Source of the DNA: Vulcanimicrobiota bacterium
GTDB lineage: Bacteria > Vulcanimicrobiota > Vulcanimicrobiia > Vulcanimicrobiales > Vulcanimicrobiaceae
Reading direction: 5' to 3'
Assembly (NCBI GenBank): GCA_034666305.1
Contig: JAXDMA010000321.1
Coordinates: 1 to 53,080 of the forward strand
DNA length: 53,080 nucleotides
The translations under genes were made by a program, and so were the position numbers. This document shows positions 1 through 9,594 of the stretch, piece after piece. Within the stretch, counting starts at the first letter, position 1; every line of letters starts with the position of its first letter. Below the pieces are notes generated by a model. It did no database searches. It was given only the letters and a program-made list of their open reading frames with translations, and had not been told where the DNA came from.

Positions 1-405
1 GCTGCGCAGCTTCCACGCGATTTGGCCGCGCCCGACGTCCAACGCGGTGACGTGCCTAGCCCCGTGCTGCAGCATCGCGTCGGTGAACCCGCCCGTCGAT
101 GCGCCGACGTCGAGGACGTCGAGGCCGCCTACGTCCAGCGCGAAGTCACGCAGCGCGCCGGCGAGCTTGTCGCCGCCGCGGCTCACGTAGCGCGGCGGCT
201 CCTCGACGGTGACGCGCGCGGCCTGGGGAACGTGCGTCCCTGGCTTCGTGGACGGCTCCTCGTCGACCCGAACCTTCCCCGCGAGAATGAGCGCGCGCGC
301 TTGCGAGCGCGTCAGAGCGGTGATCTCCACCACGACCGTGTCCAGCCTGCGAATCGCGCGCCCGCCGTGCGCGAGCGCGTCCTCAGAGCTTGATTTCGTC
401 GTCAT
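1..405 (-). CDS. tlyA: TlyA family rRNA methyltransferase/hemolysin (5' part; runs off window start)
   Basis: Absent from the ORF track. Manual minus-strand translation from ATG 405 gives S4-like RRLDTVV..TRSQARALILAGKVRV, then YVSRGGDKL and LDVGASTGGFTD; follows xseB. Confidence 0.92.
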   Translation of the reverse strand, partial: MTTKSSSEDALAHGGRAIRRLDTVVVEITALTRSQARALILAGKVRVDEEPSTKPGTHVPQAARVTVEEPPRYVSRGGDKLAGALRDFALDVGGLDVLDVGASTGGFTDAMLQHGARHVTALDVGRGQIAWKLRS

Positions 406-631
406 CCAGCGCGTCCTCGACCGGACGCGAAGGTGCGGGCGGCGCGTTCACCGCGTCGATCGCCTGCTGCGCGTTCTTGAGCAGACCCTCGCAGCGCCCG
501 ACGAGCTCCTTGCCCTCGGCATAGAGCGCGACCGCGCGCTCGAGATCGGGTTCTTCGGTCTCGAGCGATTTCACGATCTCCTCCAGCCGCTGGAGCGAGC
601 GCTCAAAAGAGGCTGATCTGTCGTCCGCCAT
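383..631 (-). CDS. xseB: Exodeoxyribonuclease VII small subunit
   Basis: SFERSLQRLEEIVKSLE..LERAVALYAEG pattern; ATG 631; directly downstream of xseA. Confidence 0.93.
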   Translation of the reverse strand: MADDRSASFERSLQRLEEIVKSLETEEPDLERAVALYAEGKELVGRCEGLLKNAQQAIDAVNAPPAPSRPVEDALDDDEIKL

Positions 632-2048
632 GCGTCCCTTCGCGTTCGACGCGCGCCGTGAGGCTTCCGCGAGCCAGCTGCGCCCGGATCGTCGACCCCG
701 GCGGAACCAGCCCCGCATCCGTCAGCGGGTGCCCGTCCTCCGCCGTAACGATGGCATAGCCGCGTTGCAGGATCGCTGCCGGATCGTGTCCGCTCAACGA
801 CGCCTTGATGGTGTCGAACCGCGCGACGCGCCGCTCGAGCAAACGCACCATCGCGGCGTCGAGCCGGCTCGCCGTCGCGACCGACGTCCGCCGCGCGCGC
901 GCGACGCGCGAGGCGGGATCGACGCGCGCCAGCCGCGACGCGAGCTGAGCGACGCCGTCCGAGCGGCGCCGCAGCAACGCGGGAACCTCGCGCGCGAGCC
1001 GGTCGCGAAGCTGCTCGAACCGCCCGCGCCGCTGCGCCAGGCGCGCCGCGGGCGCCGCGGCGGCGAGCCGGCGCTCGAGCGTCAGGAAACGGTCGCCGCA
1101 CCCGCGCACGCGCTCGCGCGCCGCGGATGCGAGGCGCCGCGCGGCGACGTCGACGTGCTGGCGCCGCGCGGCGAGCGCGCGGTCCATGTCGCGCGCGAGC
1201 GTGCGGCGGCGTTCGGCGACGAGTCCGAGCAGGTCGTCGCGGCGCGGAAGCACCGTCTGCGCGGCGGCCGACGGCGTCGGCGCACGATGATCGGCGACGA
1301 AGTCGGTGAGCGGCGCGTCGGCCTCGTGACCGATCGCCGACACCGTCGGGATGCGCGACGCGGCCAGCGCGCGCACGACGCGCTCGTCGCTGAACGCGAA
1401 CAAATCCTCGAACGAACCGCCGCCGCGCGCGACGACGAGGAGGTCGAAATCACCGGCCGACGCGCGGGCGATCGCACGCGCGATCTCGGGCGCCGCGTTC
1501 TCGCCTTGCACCGGCGTCGCGATCACGGTGACCTCGACGTGCGGCGCACGCGCCCGCGCCTGCGTCAGAAAATCTTTCGCACCGTCCGCGTTCTCCGACG
1601 TGACGAGCGCGACGCGGAACGGGTAGCGCGGCAACGCGCGCTTGCGCTCCGGCGCGAACAGTCCTTCGGCGGTCAACCGCGTCTTGAGCGCCTCGTAGCG
1701 GCGGTGCAGCGCGCCGGTACCGCCCTCGGCCGCGACGTCGAACACGCGCAGCTGATAGCGCGAAGCCTTGCCGTACGTCTGGACGCTGCCGTAGGCGACG
1801 ATTTCATCGCCGTTCGCGAGCTTGGGAAACGTCGCCGCCGCCTCGCTGAACGCGACGCAGTTCAGCAACGCGTCCCGGTCCTTGAGGTCGAAGTAGACGT
1901 TGCCGTTGACCTGCTCGCGAAGGTTTGAGATCTCGCCGCGCACGCCGATCCGCGCGAACGCGCGTTCGCGCGCGAAAAGCCCCGCGATGTAGTTTGCCAG
2001 CCGCGAGACCGCGACGACGCGGACGTCGGCGCGCGTGCCGCCCGTCAC
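603..2048 (-). CDS. xseA: Exodeoxyribonuclease VII large subunit
   Basis: GEISN, YFDLKD, RGGGSFEDL, SAIGHE.D, APTPSAAA, LQRGY motifs; GTG 2048 overlaps the PBP stop (GTGA). Confidence 0.95.
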   Translation of the reverse strand: MTGGTRADVRVVAVSRLANYIAGLFARERAFARIGVRGEISNLREQVNGNVYFDLKDRDALLNCVAFSEAAATFPKLANGDEIVAYGSVQTYGKASRYQLRVFDVAAEGGTGALHRRYEALKTRLTAEGLFAPERKRALPRYPFRVALVTSENADGAKDFLTQARARAPHVEVTVIATPVQGENAAPEIARAIARASAGDFDLLVVARGGGSFEDLFAFSDERVVRALAASRIPTVSAIGHEADAPLTDFVADHRAPTPSAAAQTVLPRRDDLLGLVAERRRTLARDMDRALAARRQHVDVAARRLASAARERVRGCGDRFLTLERRLAAAAPAARLAQRRGRFEQLRDRLAREVPALLRRRSDGVAQLASRLARVDPASRVARARRTSVATASRLDAAMVRLLERRVARFDTIKASLSGHDPAAILQRGYAIVTAEDGHPLTDAGLVPPGSTIRAQLARGSLTARVEREGTHGGRQISLF

Positions 2049-4249
2049 GGCGTCGACGTCGACGGCGCCACGGGTTGATCGAGCCGCACGAAGGTCTGCC
2101 CGTCCCCCAGAGTATCCGGCGGCGGCGTCAGCGGCACGATCGTCGGCGGCGTGCGCGGCGCGGTGGCGACGTGCGTGACGTCCCGTGCGAGCGGCACGGC
2201 CGCGTGCCGGTGCCGGCGGCCCGTTGACGGCGTGGTCGACGGATCGTCGGGTGCGCCGCACGTGTGCACGGGCTCAGTGCCGGCGACGAACACCTCGTCT
2301 TTGCCGGTGCCGCACAATTTGAGCTTGTGCACTTCACCGATCGGCATGACGAAGTCGTGCGGCTTGGTCTTCTCGAGCGCTTTACGCATGAAGCGCGCCC
2401 AGATGCGGGCGGGGATGTTGCCGCCGTACGACTCGTTCATGCGCGAGTAGTTGTCGTTGCCGATCCACACCGCGGCGACGAGGTCGGGCGTGAAGCCGAC
2501 GAACCATGCATCGCGGAAGCTCGACGTCGTCCCGGTCTTGCCGGCCGCGGGCCGTCCGATCTCCGCGTTCGGGTAGCCGGTGCCTTCTTTTATGACCGAC
2601 TCCAGCATCGACGTGGTCACGTACGCGACGCCGGCGCTGACCACTTCGTTCTGCTGCGGATAGGTGTTGTCCAGCACGGCGTTTCCGAGCGAGTCGCGCA
2701 CCAGCTTGATCGGCGAGGGCGGGATGTGCACGCCCTGGTTCGCGAGCGTCGCGAAACCCGCGGCTTGGTCGAGCGGTGAAACGCCGGACGAGCCGAGCGC
2801 GAGCGAAAGCGTCGGATCGAGCGGCGCCGTCACGCCCATGCGGTGCGCGTACTCGACGATGCGCTCGATGCCGATGTCTTGCGCGAGCTTGACCGCGACG
2901 ACGTTCCGCGACTGCGCGAGCGCGTAGCGCAGCGTGATGGGCCCGAGGAACCGCATGTCGTCGTCCATCGGCGCCCAGCGCGTGCCGTCGCCCATCGGGT
3001 AACTCACCGGCGTGTCTTGCACGATCGTCGTCGGCGGGTGCCCGCTATCGATCTCGGCGGTGTAGACGTACGCTTTGAACGACGAGCCCGGCTGGCGGTG
3101 CGACTGCCAGGCGCGGTTGAACTGGTTCGTCAGCGAGAACGGCGTCGCGCCGCCGACCATTGCGAGGATCTCGCCGGTCGACGGTTTGATGGCGACGAGC
3201 GCGCCCTGGTGCGCGCCGATGCCTTCGGCGACCGCGCGGCCCACGCCCCACGTGACCGCATCCTGCGCGATCTCTTGCATGGCGGGATCGAGCGTCGTAA
3301 ACACTTGCAAGCCGCCTTCGAACGTGGCCTGCGTGCCGAACTGCTCTTCGAGCAGATGCGTGACGTACGTCGTGAAGTACGGGTAGCGATACGACTGAAG
3401 CCCGTGCGGCCGTTCGACCAGCAATCCGAGTGGCCCGCGCTCCGCGGCCGAGGCTTGCCCGCGCGTGATGAACCCCGCATCGACCATGCGGCCCAGCACG
3501 TGCTGCTGGCGCTGTTTGGCGTGATTCATGTTCACGTACGGCGAGTAGTCGGACGGCGCTGCGAGCAGGCCGGCGAGCATCGCCATCTGACCGAGCTTGA
3601 GATGCCCGACGTCCGTACCGAAATACGTGTGCGCGGCGGCTTCGATGCCGTACGCGCCCGAACCGAAGTACATGATGTTCAGGTAGCGCTCGAGGATCTC
3701 GTCCTTGGTGTAGTAGCGCTCGATCTCCATCGCCAGCAGCGCCTCTTGAATCTTGCGCGCGGCGGTGACCTCGTCGCTGAGAAAGAGCTTGCGTGCCAGC
3801 TGCTGGGTGATCGTGGAAGCGCCTTGCAGGCGCTGATGCCGATAGTCGGCCAGCGCCGCGCGCGCGATTCCGGCGAAGTCGATGCCGTGGTGCTGGTAGT
3901 AGTGCGCGTCCTCGGTCGCGATGAAGGCGTTGCGCACGGGCACCGGTATCTTGGCGATCGGCACCCACGTGCGGTTCTCGCGAAAAAGGTTCGCGAGCTG
4001 CATGCCGTTGCGCGCGACCACGCGCGTCGACCGCGACGGCTGGTAGTCCGCCATGCGGTTGATGTCGGGCAGGTTGCGCGAGTACGACGCGACGATCCCC
4101 GCGACGATGCCGACGAACAGCAGCACCGCGAACAGCACGAATACGGCCAGCGTCTTGACGACGCGGCCGACGATGCGCCACGGGCCGCCGCCGCGCTTGA
4201 CCGGCCGGCGCCGCACGGCGCTGCGCGAACGCGGCAGCGCGCGGCTCAT
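2045..4249 (-). CDS. Class A penicillin-binding protein (PBP1A family)
   Basis: N-terminal TM; transglycosylase motifs EDAHYYQH.G, GASTITQQL, RKIQE; transpeptidase SSFK, SRN, KTG. Confidence 0.95.
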   Translation of the reverse strand: MSRALPRSRSAVRRRPVKRGGGPWRIVGRVVKTLAVFVLFAVLLFVGIVAGIVASYSRNLPDINRMADYQPSRSTRVVARNGMQLANLFRENRTWVPIAKIPVPVRNAFIATEDAHYYQHHGIDFAGIARAALADYRHQRLQGASTITQQLARKLFLSDEVTAARKIQEALLAMEIERYYTKDEILERYLNIMYFGSGAYGIEAAAHTYFGTDVGHLKLGQMAMLAGLLAAPSDYSPYVNMNHAKQRQQHVLGRMVDAGFITRGQASAAERGPLGLLVERPHGLQSYRYPYFTTYVTHLLEEQFGTQATFEGGLQVFTTLDPAMQEIAQDAVTWGVGRAVAEGIGAHQGALVAIKPSTGEILAMVGGATPFSLTNQFNRAWQSHRQPGSSFKAYVYTAEIDSGHPPTTIVQDTPVSYPMGDGTRWAPMDDDMRFLGPITLRYALAQSRNVVAVKLAQDIGIERIVEYAHRMGVTAPLDPTLSLALGSSGVSPLDQAAGFATLANQGVHIPPSPIKLVRDSLGNAVLDNTYPQQNEVVSAGVAYVTTSMLESVIKEGTGYPNAEIGRPAAGKTGTTSSFRDAWFVGFTPDLVAAVWIGNDNYSRMNESYGGNIPARIWARFMRKALEKTKPHDFVMPIGEVHKLKLCGTGKDEVFVAGTEPVHTCGAPDDPSTTPSTGRRHRHAAVPLARDVTHVATAPRTPPTIVPLTPPPDTLGDGQTFVRLDQPVAPSTSTP

Positions 4250-4659
4250 ACCGACGTCGCCGTGCCCAAGATGCGCGCGAGCACGCCGTTGACGTACCGG
4301 CCCGAATCTTCGGTCGAAAACTTCTTCGCCAGCTCGACGGCTTCGTTGATGACGACGGCGGGATCGGTCTCGGCGCGGTGGCGCAGCTCGAACACGCTCA
4401 TGCGCAAGATGATCCGGTCGATCGTCGGCAGCCGGTCGAGCGTCCAGCCTTCCAAGCGCGGCGCGATGAGCGTATCGGACTCGACTTCGTTCTCGATCGT
4501 GCCCAGGACGAGATCGCGCACGAACGCGCGCCCGTCGGACGACTGGTCGCGCGCGAGCAGCTCCGTGAGCATGTCGTTCACCGGACGCTTTCCGACTTCG
4601 GTGCCGTAGAGCGCCTGCAGCGCGATCTCACGCCCATGCCGCCGCGAAGTTGAGGGCAT
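4246..4659 (-). CDS. nusB: Transcription antitermination factor NusB
   Basis: REIALQALY, W..DRL..IDRIILR, INEAVELAKKF, YVNGVL. Confidence 0.95.
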   Translation of the reverse strand: MPSTSRRHGREIALQALYGTEVGKRPVNDMLTELLARDQSSDGRAFVRDLVLGTIENEVESDTLIAPRLEGWTLDRLPTIDRIILRMSVFELRHRAETDPAVVINEAVELAKKFSTEDSGRYVNGVLARILGTATSV

Positions 4660-4660
4660 C

Positions 4661-6016
4661 TTAGACGGCGGCGGCGCGCCGGTCGAGAAATGCCGGCAGC
4701 CAGCCGACGCCGATCCCGCCCGCGCGGAACTCGGGGTCGCCGAGCAGCTCGCGGCAGAAATCGACCGTCGTCTTCACGCCTTCGATACGCGTCTCGCTCA
4801 GCGCGCGTTCCATGCGCAGGATCGCCGACTCGCGCGTGCGGCCGACCGCAATGATCTTCGCGAGCATCGAGTCGTAGAACGGCGGCACCATGGCGCCGCT
4901 GTAGACGTGCGTGTCGACGCGAATACCCGGGCCGCCGGGGAACACGACCGACGTCAGCGTACCGGCGGCGGGCGCGAAGTGATTGTCGGGATCCTCCGCG
5001 TTGACGCGCACCTCGATCGCGTGACCGTGCGCGTGAAGATCCTCCTGGCTGAAGCCCAAATGCTCGCCCGCGGCGATGCGAATCTGCTCCTTGACCAGAT
5101 CGACGCCGTAGATGAGCTCGCTGACCGGGTGCTCCACCTGGATGCGCGTGTTCATCTCCATGAAGTACACGTCGCCGCCGTGCACGAGAAACTCCAGCGT
5201 TCCGGCGTTCGTGTACCCGACCGCGCGCGTCGCCGTCGTCGCGACCTCGTGCAGGCGGTCGCGGATCGCGACGTCGAGCTCGGGCGCGGGCGCTTCCTCG
5301 ATGAGCTTTTGATGCGACGGCTTTTGGACCGAGCAGTCGCGCTCGCCGAGGTGCACGACGTCGCCGTGCTCGTCCGCGAGCACCTGCACCTCGATGTGGC
5401 GCGGGTTGACGATCAGCTTTTCGACGTACATGCGTCCGTCTTTGAACGATGCTTCGGCTTCGGCTTGCGCCGTGGCGAACGCGGTCGGCAGCTCGTCGGG
5501 TTTCGCGACGGCGCGCATCCCCTTGCCACCGCCGCCGGCGGTCGCTTTGAGCAGCACCGGATAGCCGATCTGCTCGCACACGACGCGCGCTTCCTCGACG
5601 TTCGCGACGATGCCGCTGCCCGGCGTCGTCGGAACGCCCGCCTCGTGCATCAGACGCTTCGCCGTCGCCTTGTCGCCCATCGCGTTGATCACCGCCGGCT
5701 TGGGCCCGATGAACGTCAGGCCGTGATCGGCCGCGATCTCGGCGAAGCGCGCGTTCTCGGCAAGGAAGCCGTAGCCGGGATGGATCGCATCGCAGCCGCT
5801 GATGAGCGCCGCCGAGATGATGTTCGGAATGTTCAAATACGAGCGCATGACGGGCCCGGGGCCGACGCAAAACGCTTCATCCGCGTGGCGCACGTGCAGC
5901 GACAAGCGGTCGGGCTCGGAAAAGATCGCGACCGTCGCGACGCCCAGCTCGCGGCAAGCCCGATTGATACGAAGCGCGATCTCGCCGCGGTTGGCGATGA
6001 GAACTTTGCGAAACAC
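4661..6016 (-). CDS. accC: Acetyl-CoA carboxylase biotin carboxylase subunit
   Basis: KVLIANRGEIA, HPGYGFLAEN, GGGGKGM, EMNTRIQVEHPV, YDSMLAK. Confidence 0.97.
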   Translation of the reverse strand: MFRKVLIANRGEIALRINRACRELGVATVAIFSEPDRLSLHVRHADEAFCVGPGPVMRSYLNIPNIISAALISGCDAIHPGYGFLAENARFAEIAADHGLTFIGPKPAVINAMGDKATAKRLMHEAGVPTTPGSGIVANVEEARVVCEQIGYPVLLKATAGGGGKGMRAVAKPDELPTAFATAQAEAEASFKDGRMYVEKLIVNPRHIEVQVLADEHGDVVHLGERDCSVQKPSHQKLIEEAPAPELDVAIRDRLHEVATTATRAVGYTNAGTLEFLVHGGDVYFMEMNTRIQVEHPVSELIYGVDLVKEQIRIAAGEHLGFSQEDLHAHGHAIEVRVNAEDPDNHFAPAAGTLTSVVFPGGPGIRVDTHVYSGAMVPPFYDSMLAKIIAVGRTRESAILRMERALSETRIEGVKTTVDFCRELLGDPEFRAGGIGVGWLPAFLDRRAAAV

Positions 6017-6019
6017 GCG

Positions 6020-6442
6020 CTATCTCTCGATTGCGAACAGCGGTTGGCCGTATTCGACGGGCTGACCCTCGGTCACGAACACGGCGACGACCCGCCCGCC
6101 GCCGCGGGATCGAACGGGGTTGCGGATGCCGAGCGTCTCGACCGAGGCGAGCTCGCGATCCGTGTCGAGGTCTTGGCCTTCGGCGATCGGGGGCCGCACG
6201 TGCCGCAGGATGCCCACCACGTCGCTCGCGATGATGTCCTCGCGGTGCTCGACCGGCTTCTCTTCGGGCTCGGCGGCCGCCGCGGGGGGCGCCGGCACGG
6301 CTGCGGCGAGCCCGTTGGGGCGCGGCGCGCGGCGCAGCTCGATCTCCGTATCGCCGTCGCGGACGCGCAGGCGGGCGAAACCGGCCTCGGTCAGCGCGCC
6401 GGCGAGCGCCCGGGCTCGCGTGGCGATCGCGTCTTCGGTCAT
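6020..6442 (-). CDS. AccB/BCCP-like biotin-lipoyl domain protein lacking the biotinylated Lys
   Basis: Occupies the accB position; Pro/Ala linker; C-terminal GQPVEYGQPLF; the expected EAMK motif reads ETLG. Confidence 0.85.
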   Translation of the reverse strand: MTEDAIATRARALAGALTEAGFARLRVRDGDTEIELRRAPRPNGLAAAVPAPPAAAAEPEEKPVEHREDIIASDVVGILRHVRPPIAEGQDLDTDRELASVETLGIRNPVRSRGGGRVVAVFVTEGQPVEYGQPLFAIER

Positions 6443-6605
6443 CGGGCGTGCGGTTCGACGCTTTACGACGCCGCCCCCGGGCGGGACGGCGCGCTCCCGA
6501 GGAGGGGCGGCGCGCCCCACAAGAGGTGCGGGCGGGGGAGAGGTCCTGCCGATACATGGTACGATGGACCCAGGAGGTGCGCACTTCACCGCCGGCACCA
6601 TTGCC

Positions 6606-8486
6606 ATGGAATCGGCGTTCGTCCTCGCGTACCCGCACGGCCTCGACTTGGGGCGCGCGGCGTGCGACGCGTTGGACCGGGCAGGCATCGCGCACTGCCG
6701 TGCTCGCTTCCCCTACTCGAGCGACGACGCGGGCCTGCCCGTGGTCTACGCGATCGACGAGGCCGGGTTGTTATCGCTGGGTCCGCGCGAGACGGTCGAG
6801 CACGCGCTGGAGCTGATCGGCCGCGCGCAGATCGCCACGACCGTCATCCTGGCCGAGCCGGGCTCCAACGCGTCGTGGCTCGCGGCGAACCCCTTCGTCA
6901 GCGGCTGGGTGGTCGCGCCGGCCGACCCGGCGGCGCTTGTCGCCACGGTCCGCAACGCGGCGGCGACGCTGGCCGCCCGCGAGGACGTGCGGATCGCGCA
7001 AGGCGAGAGCGAGCGGCTTCTGCAAATCGGCTTGGCGCTCTCGGCGGAGCGCGACGTGACCAAGCTGCAGCAAACGATCGTCCGCAACGCGCGCGAGCTC
7101 ACCCGGGCCGACTCCGGCTCCCTCTATCTGCTCGAGGAGGGCGAGAACGGCGAACGCGTCCTGCGCTTCGCCGTGGCTCAAACGGGCCCCAACGACTTCG
7201 GCGCCTACCTCGGCGCCGTGCTGCCGCTGTCCCGCACGTCGATCTCGGGCTACGTCGCGCTGAGCGGCGAGACGGTCCGCATCGACGACGCGTACGCACC
7301 CGGCGAAAGCGCCGAGTATCGCGTGAACCGCAGCTTCGACAAAGCGAACGGCTACCGCACGATGTCGGTGCTCGCCGAGCCGATGCGCGATCACGAGGAC
7401 GCCATCGTCGGCGTGATCATGCTCATCAACCGCAAGCCGGACTTCGGTCTGATCCTGACCTCACCGGCCCACACCGAAGAGGTCGTGCAGCCGTTCAGCT
7501 CGCGCGACGAGCACGTGCTGCGCTCGCTGGCCTCACAAGCGGCCGTCGCCCTTGAAAACAAGGCGCTGCTCGACTCGATCCAGGACCTGTTCGAACAATT
7601 CGTGCGCGCATCGGTCAAAGCGATCGAAGTCCGCGACAAGTCCACCCAGGGCCACTCGTCGCGCGTCGCCGAGCTGACGTGCCTCCAGGCCGACGCGGTC
7701 AACGCGGTGGAAACCGGCATCTTCGCCGACCTGCACTTCAACGTCGACCAGATCCGCGAAATGCGCTATGCCTCGCTCCTTCACGACTTCGGCAAGGTGG
7801 CGGTTCCGGAATACATCTTCGGCAAAGCGAAAAAACTGCCGGACGGCCGGATCGACGCGATTCGTCTGCGCTTCTTGCTCGCGATCGAACAAACGTCCGA
7901 CGCGCGCCGGCGCGACGAGCTCCGCGCGCTGTTGGCACACGTGGAATCCGCCAACGAGCCTCACGTCATCTCGATGGACATCGGCAACGTCCTCGACGCG
8001 CTCGCACGCATGACGTACCGCGACCTGGACACCGAGCGTCCCTTGCTCGACCGCACCGAACTGGAATTCTTGCGCATTCCGCGCGGCTCGCTTTCCGGTG
8101 AAGAGCGCCGCAAGATGGAACAGCACGTCACGCAGTCATTTTATTTCCTGCGCGAGATTCCATGGTCGAAGACCCCGTGGCACAACGTTCCGGAGATGGC
8201 CTACGGCCACCACGAGCATCTCGACGGCAGCGGTTACCCGCGCGGCCTCAAGGGCGCGGAAATCCCTCCGCAAGTCCGCATGCTCACCATCAGCGACGTC
8301 TTTGACGCCTTGACGGCAAACGACCGGCCGTACAAACCCGCGATGCCCGTCGAACGCGCCCTCGACATCCTCGTGCGGGAATTCGCGGACCGCGGAAAAA
8401 TCGACCGCGACCTGCTGGACCTCTTCATCAAGAAAAAAGTCTACGAACCGGTCCTCGCGGCGCGGCTGGAAAATCAGGGCCGGTAA
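6606..8486 (+). CDS. GAF + HD-GYP domain phosphodiesterase (c-di-GMP turnover)
   Basis: GAF region (ADSGSLYL, SISGYVA, FDKANGYRT); HSSRVA, LLHDFGK, HHEHLDGSGYPRGLKG, DVFDAL..DRPYK. Start ATG 6606 or 6564. Confidence 0.9.
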   Translation: MESAFVLAYPHGLDLGRAACDALDRAGIAHCRARFPYSSDDAGLPVVYAIDEAGLLSLGPRETVEHALELIGRAQIATTVILAEPGSNASWLAANPFVSGWVVAPADPAALVATVRNAAATLAAREDVRIAQGESERLLQIGLALSAERDVTKLQQTIVRNARELTRADSGSLYLLEEGENGERVLRFAVAQTGPNDFGAYLGAVLPLSRTSISGYVALSGETVRIDDAYAPGESAEYRVNRSFDKANGYRTMSVLAEPMRDHEDAIVGVIMLINRKPDFGLILTSPAHTEEVVQPFSSRDEHVLRSLASQAAVALENKALLDSIQDLFEQFVRASVKAIEVRDKSTQGHSSRVAELTCLQADAVNAVETGIFADLHFNVDQIREMRYASLLHDFGKVAVPEYIFGKAKKLPDGRIDAIRLRFLLAIEQTSDARRRDELRALLAHVESANEPHVISMDIGNVLDALARMTYRDLDTERPLLDRTELEFLRIPRGSLSGEERRKMEQHVTQSFYFLREIPWSKTPWHNVPEMAYGHHEHLDGSGYPRGLKGAEIPPQVRMLTISDVFDALTANDRPYKPAMPVERALDILVREFADRGKIDRDLLDLFIKKKVYEPVLAARLENQGR

Positions 8487-9124
8487 ACGAGCCCTATGCT
8501 GAGGACCGGCACGACGACCCGCGTCCGCAACTCGCCGCGTAATCGCTGCATGTCGGCCCGAAACGCCGGATCGTTCGCAAGCGGACCCGACGCCGCCACG
8601 CTTGCGGTTCCGTTGCGCACGAGCGCGCCGGCATCGATTTCGATCGCGAGCCCACGAATGAGGCCCGTGCCGGTTCCGATACCGGCATACAGCGAAGGCC
8701 GGTCGAATCGCACGCGCGCGTTGACGGCCCCCGTCCCGCTCACCGGGTAGGCGTTGTTCCCGACGCGAATCATGCCCGCCGACTCCCGTGCAACGTTGTC
8801 GATCGCGTCGTTGCCGAACACGAGGCCGCCGCTGATGCGATACCGTCCCGCGTACGGCCGGTAATCCGCGATGACCCCGACGTTGCTGTACCGCGTCGTC
8901 GTGGTATACGTGGTCGTATCGTACGTGGACTGCTGCGAAACGCTGAGCGACCCCGTCGTCACCCGAACGCTGAAGTCGTAGAGCAGCGGCTTCTCGAGCG
9001 TGATCCCGTGGCCGATCGTGCTGGCGTGCACGCCGGCCGACACCGACGAGAACAGATCGGCGCGAGCCGCGGCAGGCACGGCAAGGAGCGCGAGGCTACA
9101 CGACGCGGCGAAAAGGCGTCTCAT
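8474..9124 (-). CDS. Putative outer-membrane beta-barrel protein
   Basis: Signal peptide (MRRLF..PAAARA); alternating beta-strand pattern; ends LSIGLVYRP; ATGA overlap with folK stop. Confidence 0.65.
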   Translation of the reverse strand: MRRLFAASCSLALLAVPAAARADLFSSVSAGVHASTIGHGITLEKPLLYDFSVRVTTGSLSVSQQSTYDTTTYTTTTRYSNVGVIADYRPYAGRYRISGGLVFGNDAIDNVARESAGMIRVGNNAYPVSGTGAVNARVRFDRPSLYAGIGTGTGLIRGLAIEIDAGALVRNGTASVAASGPLANDPAFRADMQRLRGELRTRVVVPVLSIGLVYRP

Positions 9125-9585
9125 CGCGGCTCCAGTTCGACGACTCCGGCGCGCTCTCCGGGCGGAAGCGCATCGCGCAGCGCAACGTAGCGCGGATCGA
9201 TCTCCGCGAGCGGCACGAGCGCGAAGGCGCGCTCGTGAAGGCGGGCATGCGGGATCGTCAGGCCGGCGCCGGTCAGCCGCACGCCGTCGTACGCGAGGAT
9301 GTCGAGATCGAGCACGCGCGGTCCCCACCGGAACGTCGTGACGCGGCCGGCTTCGGCCTCGATACGCTGCAGCGCCGCGAGCAGCGCGTGCGGCTCGAGC
9401 GCCGTGTCGATCAACGCGGCGGCGTTGACGAAGGGGGCTTGCGCGGTCACGCCCCACGGGGCGGTGTGGTAGAGCGACGAGCGCGCGAGCACCGTGCCGG
9501 TGCCGGCGAGCCGCTCGAACGCGCCGCGCACGTTCGCTTCGGCGTCCCCGCTGTTCGAGCCGATGCCCACTGCCGCCACTGGCAT
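9121..9585 (-). CDS. folK: 2-amino-4-hydroxy-6-hydroxymethyldihydropteridine diphosphokinase
   Basis: GIGSN.GD, SSLY.T.PWG, F.NA, RWGPRVLDLDIL, LTIPH..LHERAF. Confidence 0.95.
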   Translation of the reverse strand: MPVAAVGIGSNSGDAEANVRGAFERLAGTGTVLARSSLYHTAPWGVTAQAPFVNAAALIDTALEPHALLAALQRIEAEAGRVTTFRWGPRVLDLDILAYDGVRLTGAGLTIPHARLHERAFALVPLAEIDPRYVALRDALPPGERAGVVELEPR

Positions 9586-9594
9586 GCTATGCCT

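Noticed and set aside
4907-7555. Very long alternative-frame or antisense ORFs (e.g. 882 aa here; 34330-36537; 43700-46390; 49231-51645)
   Set aside because: Arg/Ala/Gly-rich shadow frames of real genes, expected at this GC content; only the 3' end of 43700-46390 is the real BON gene.
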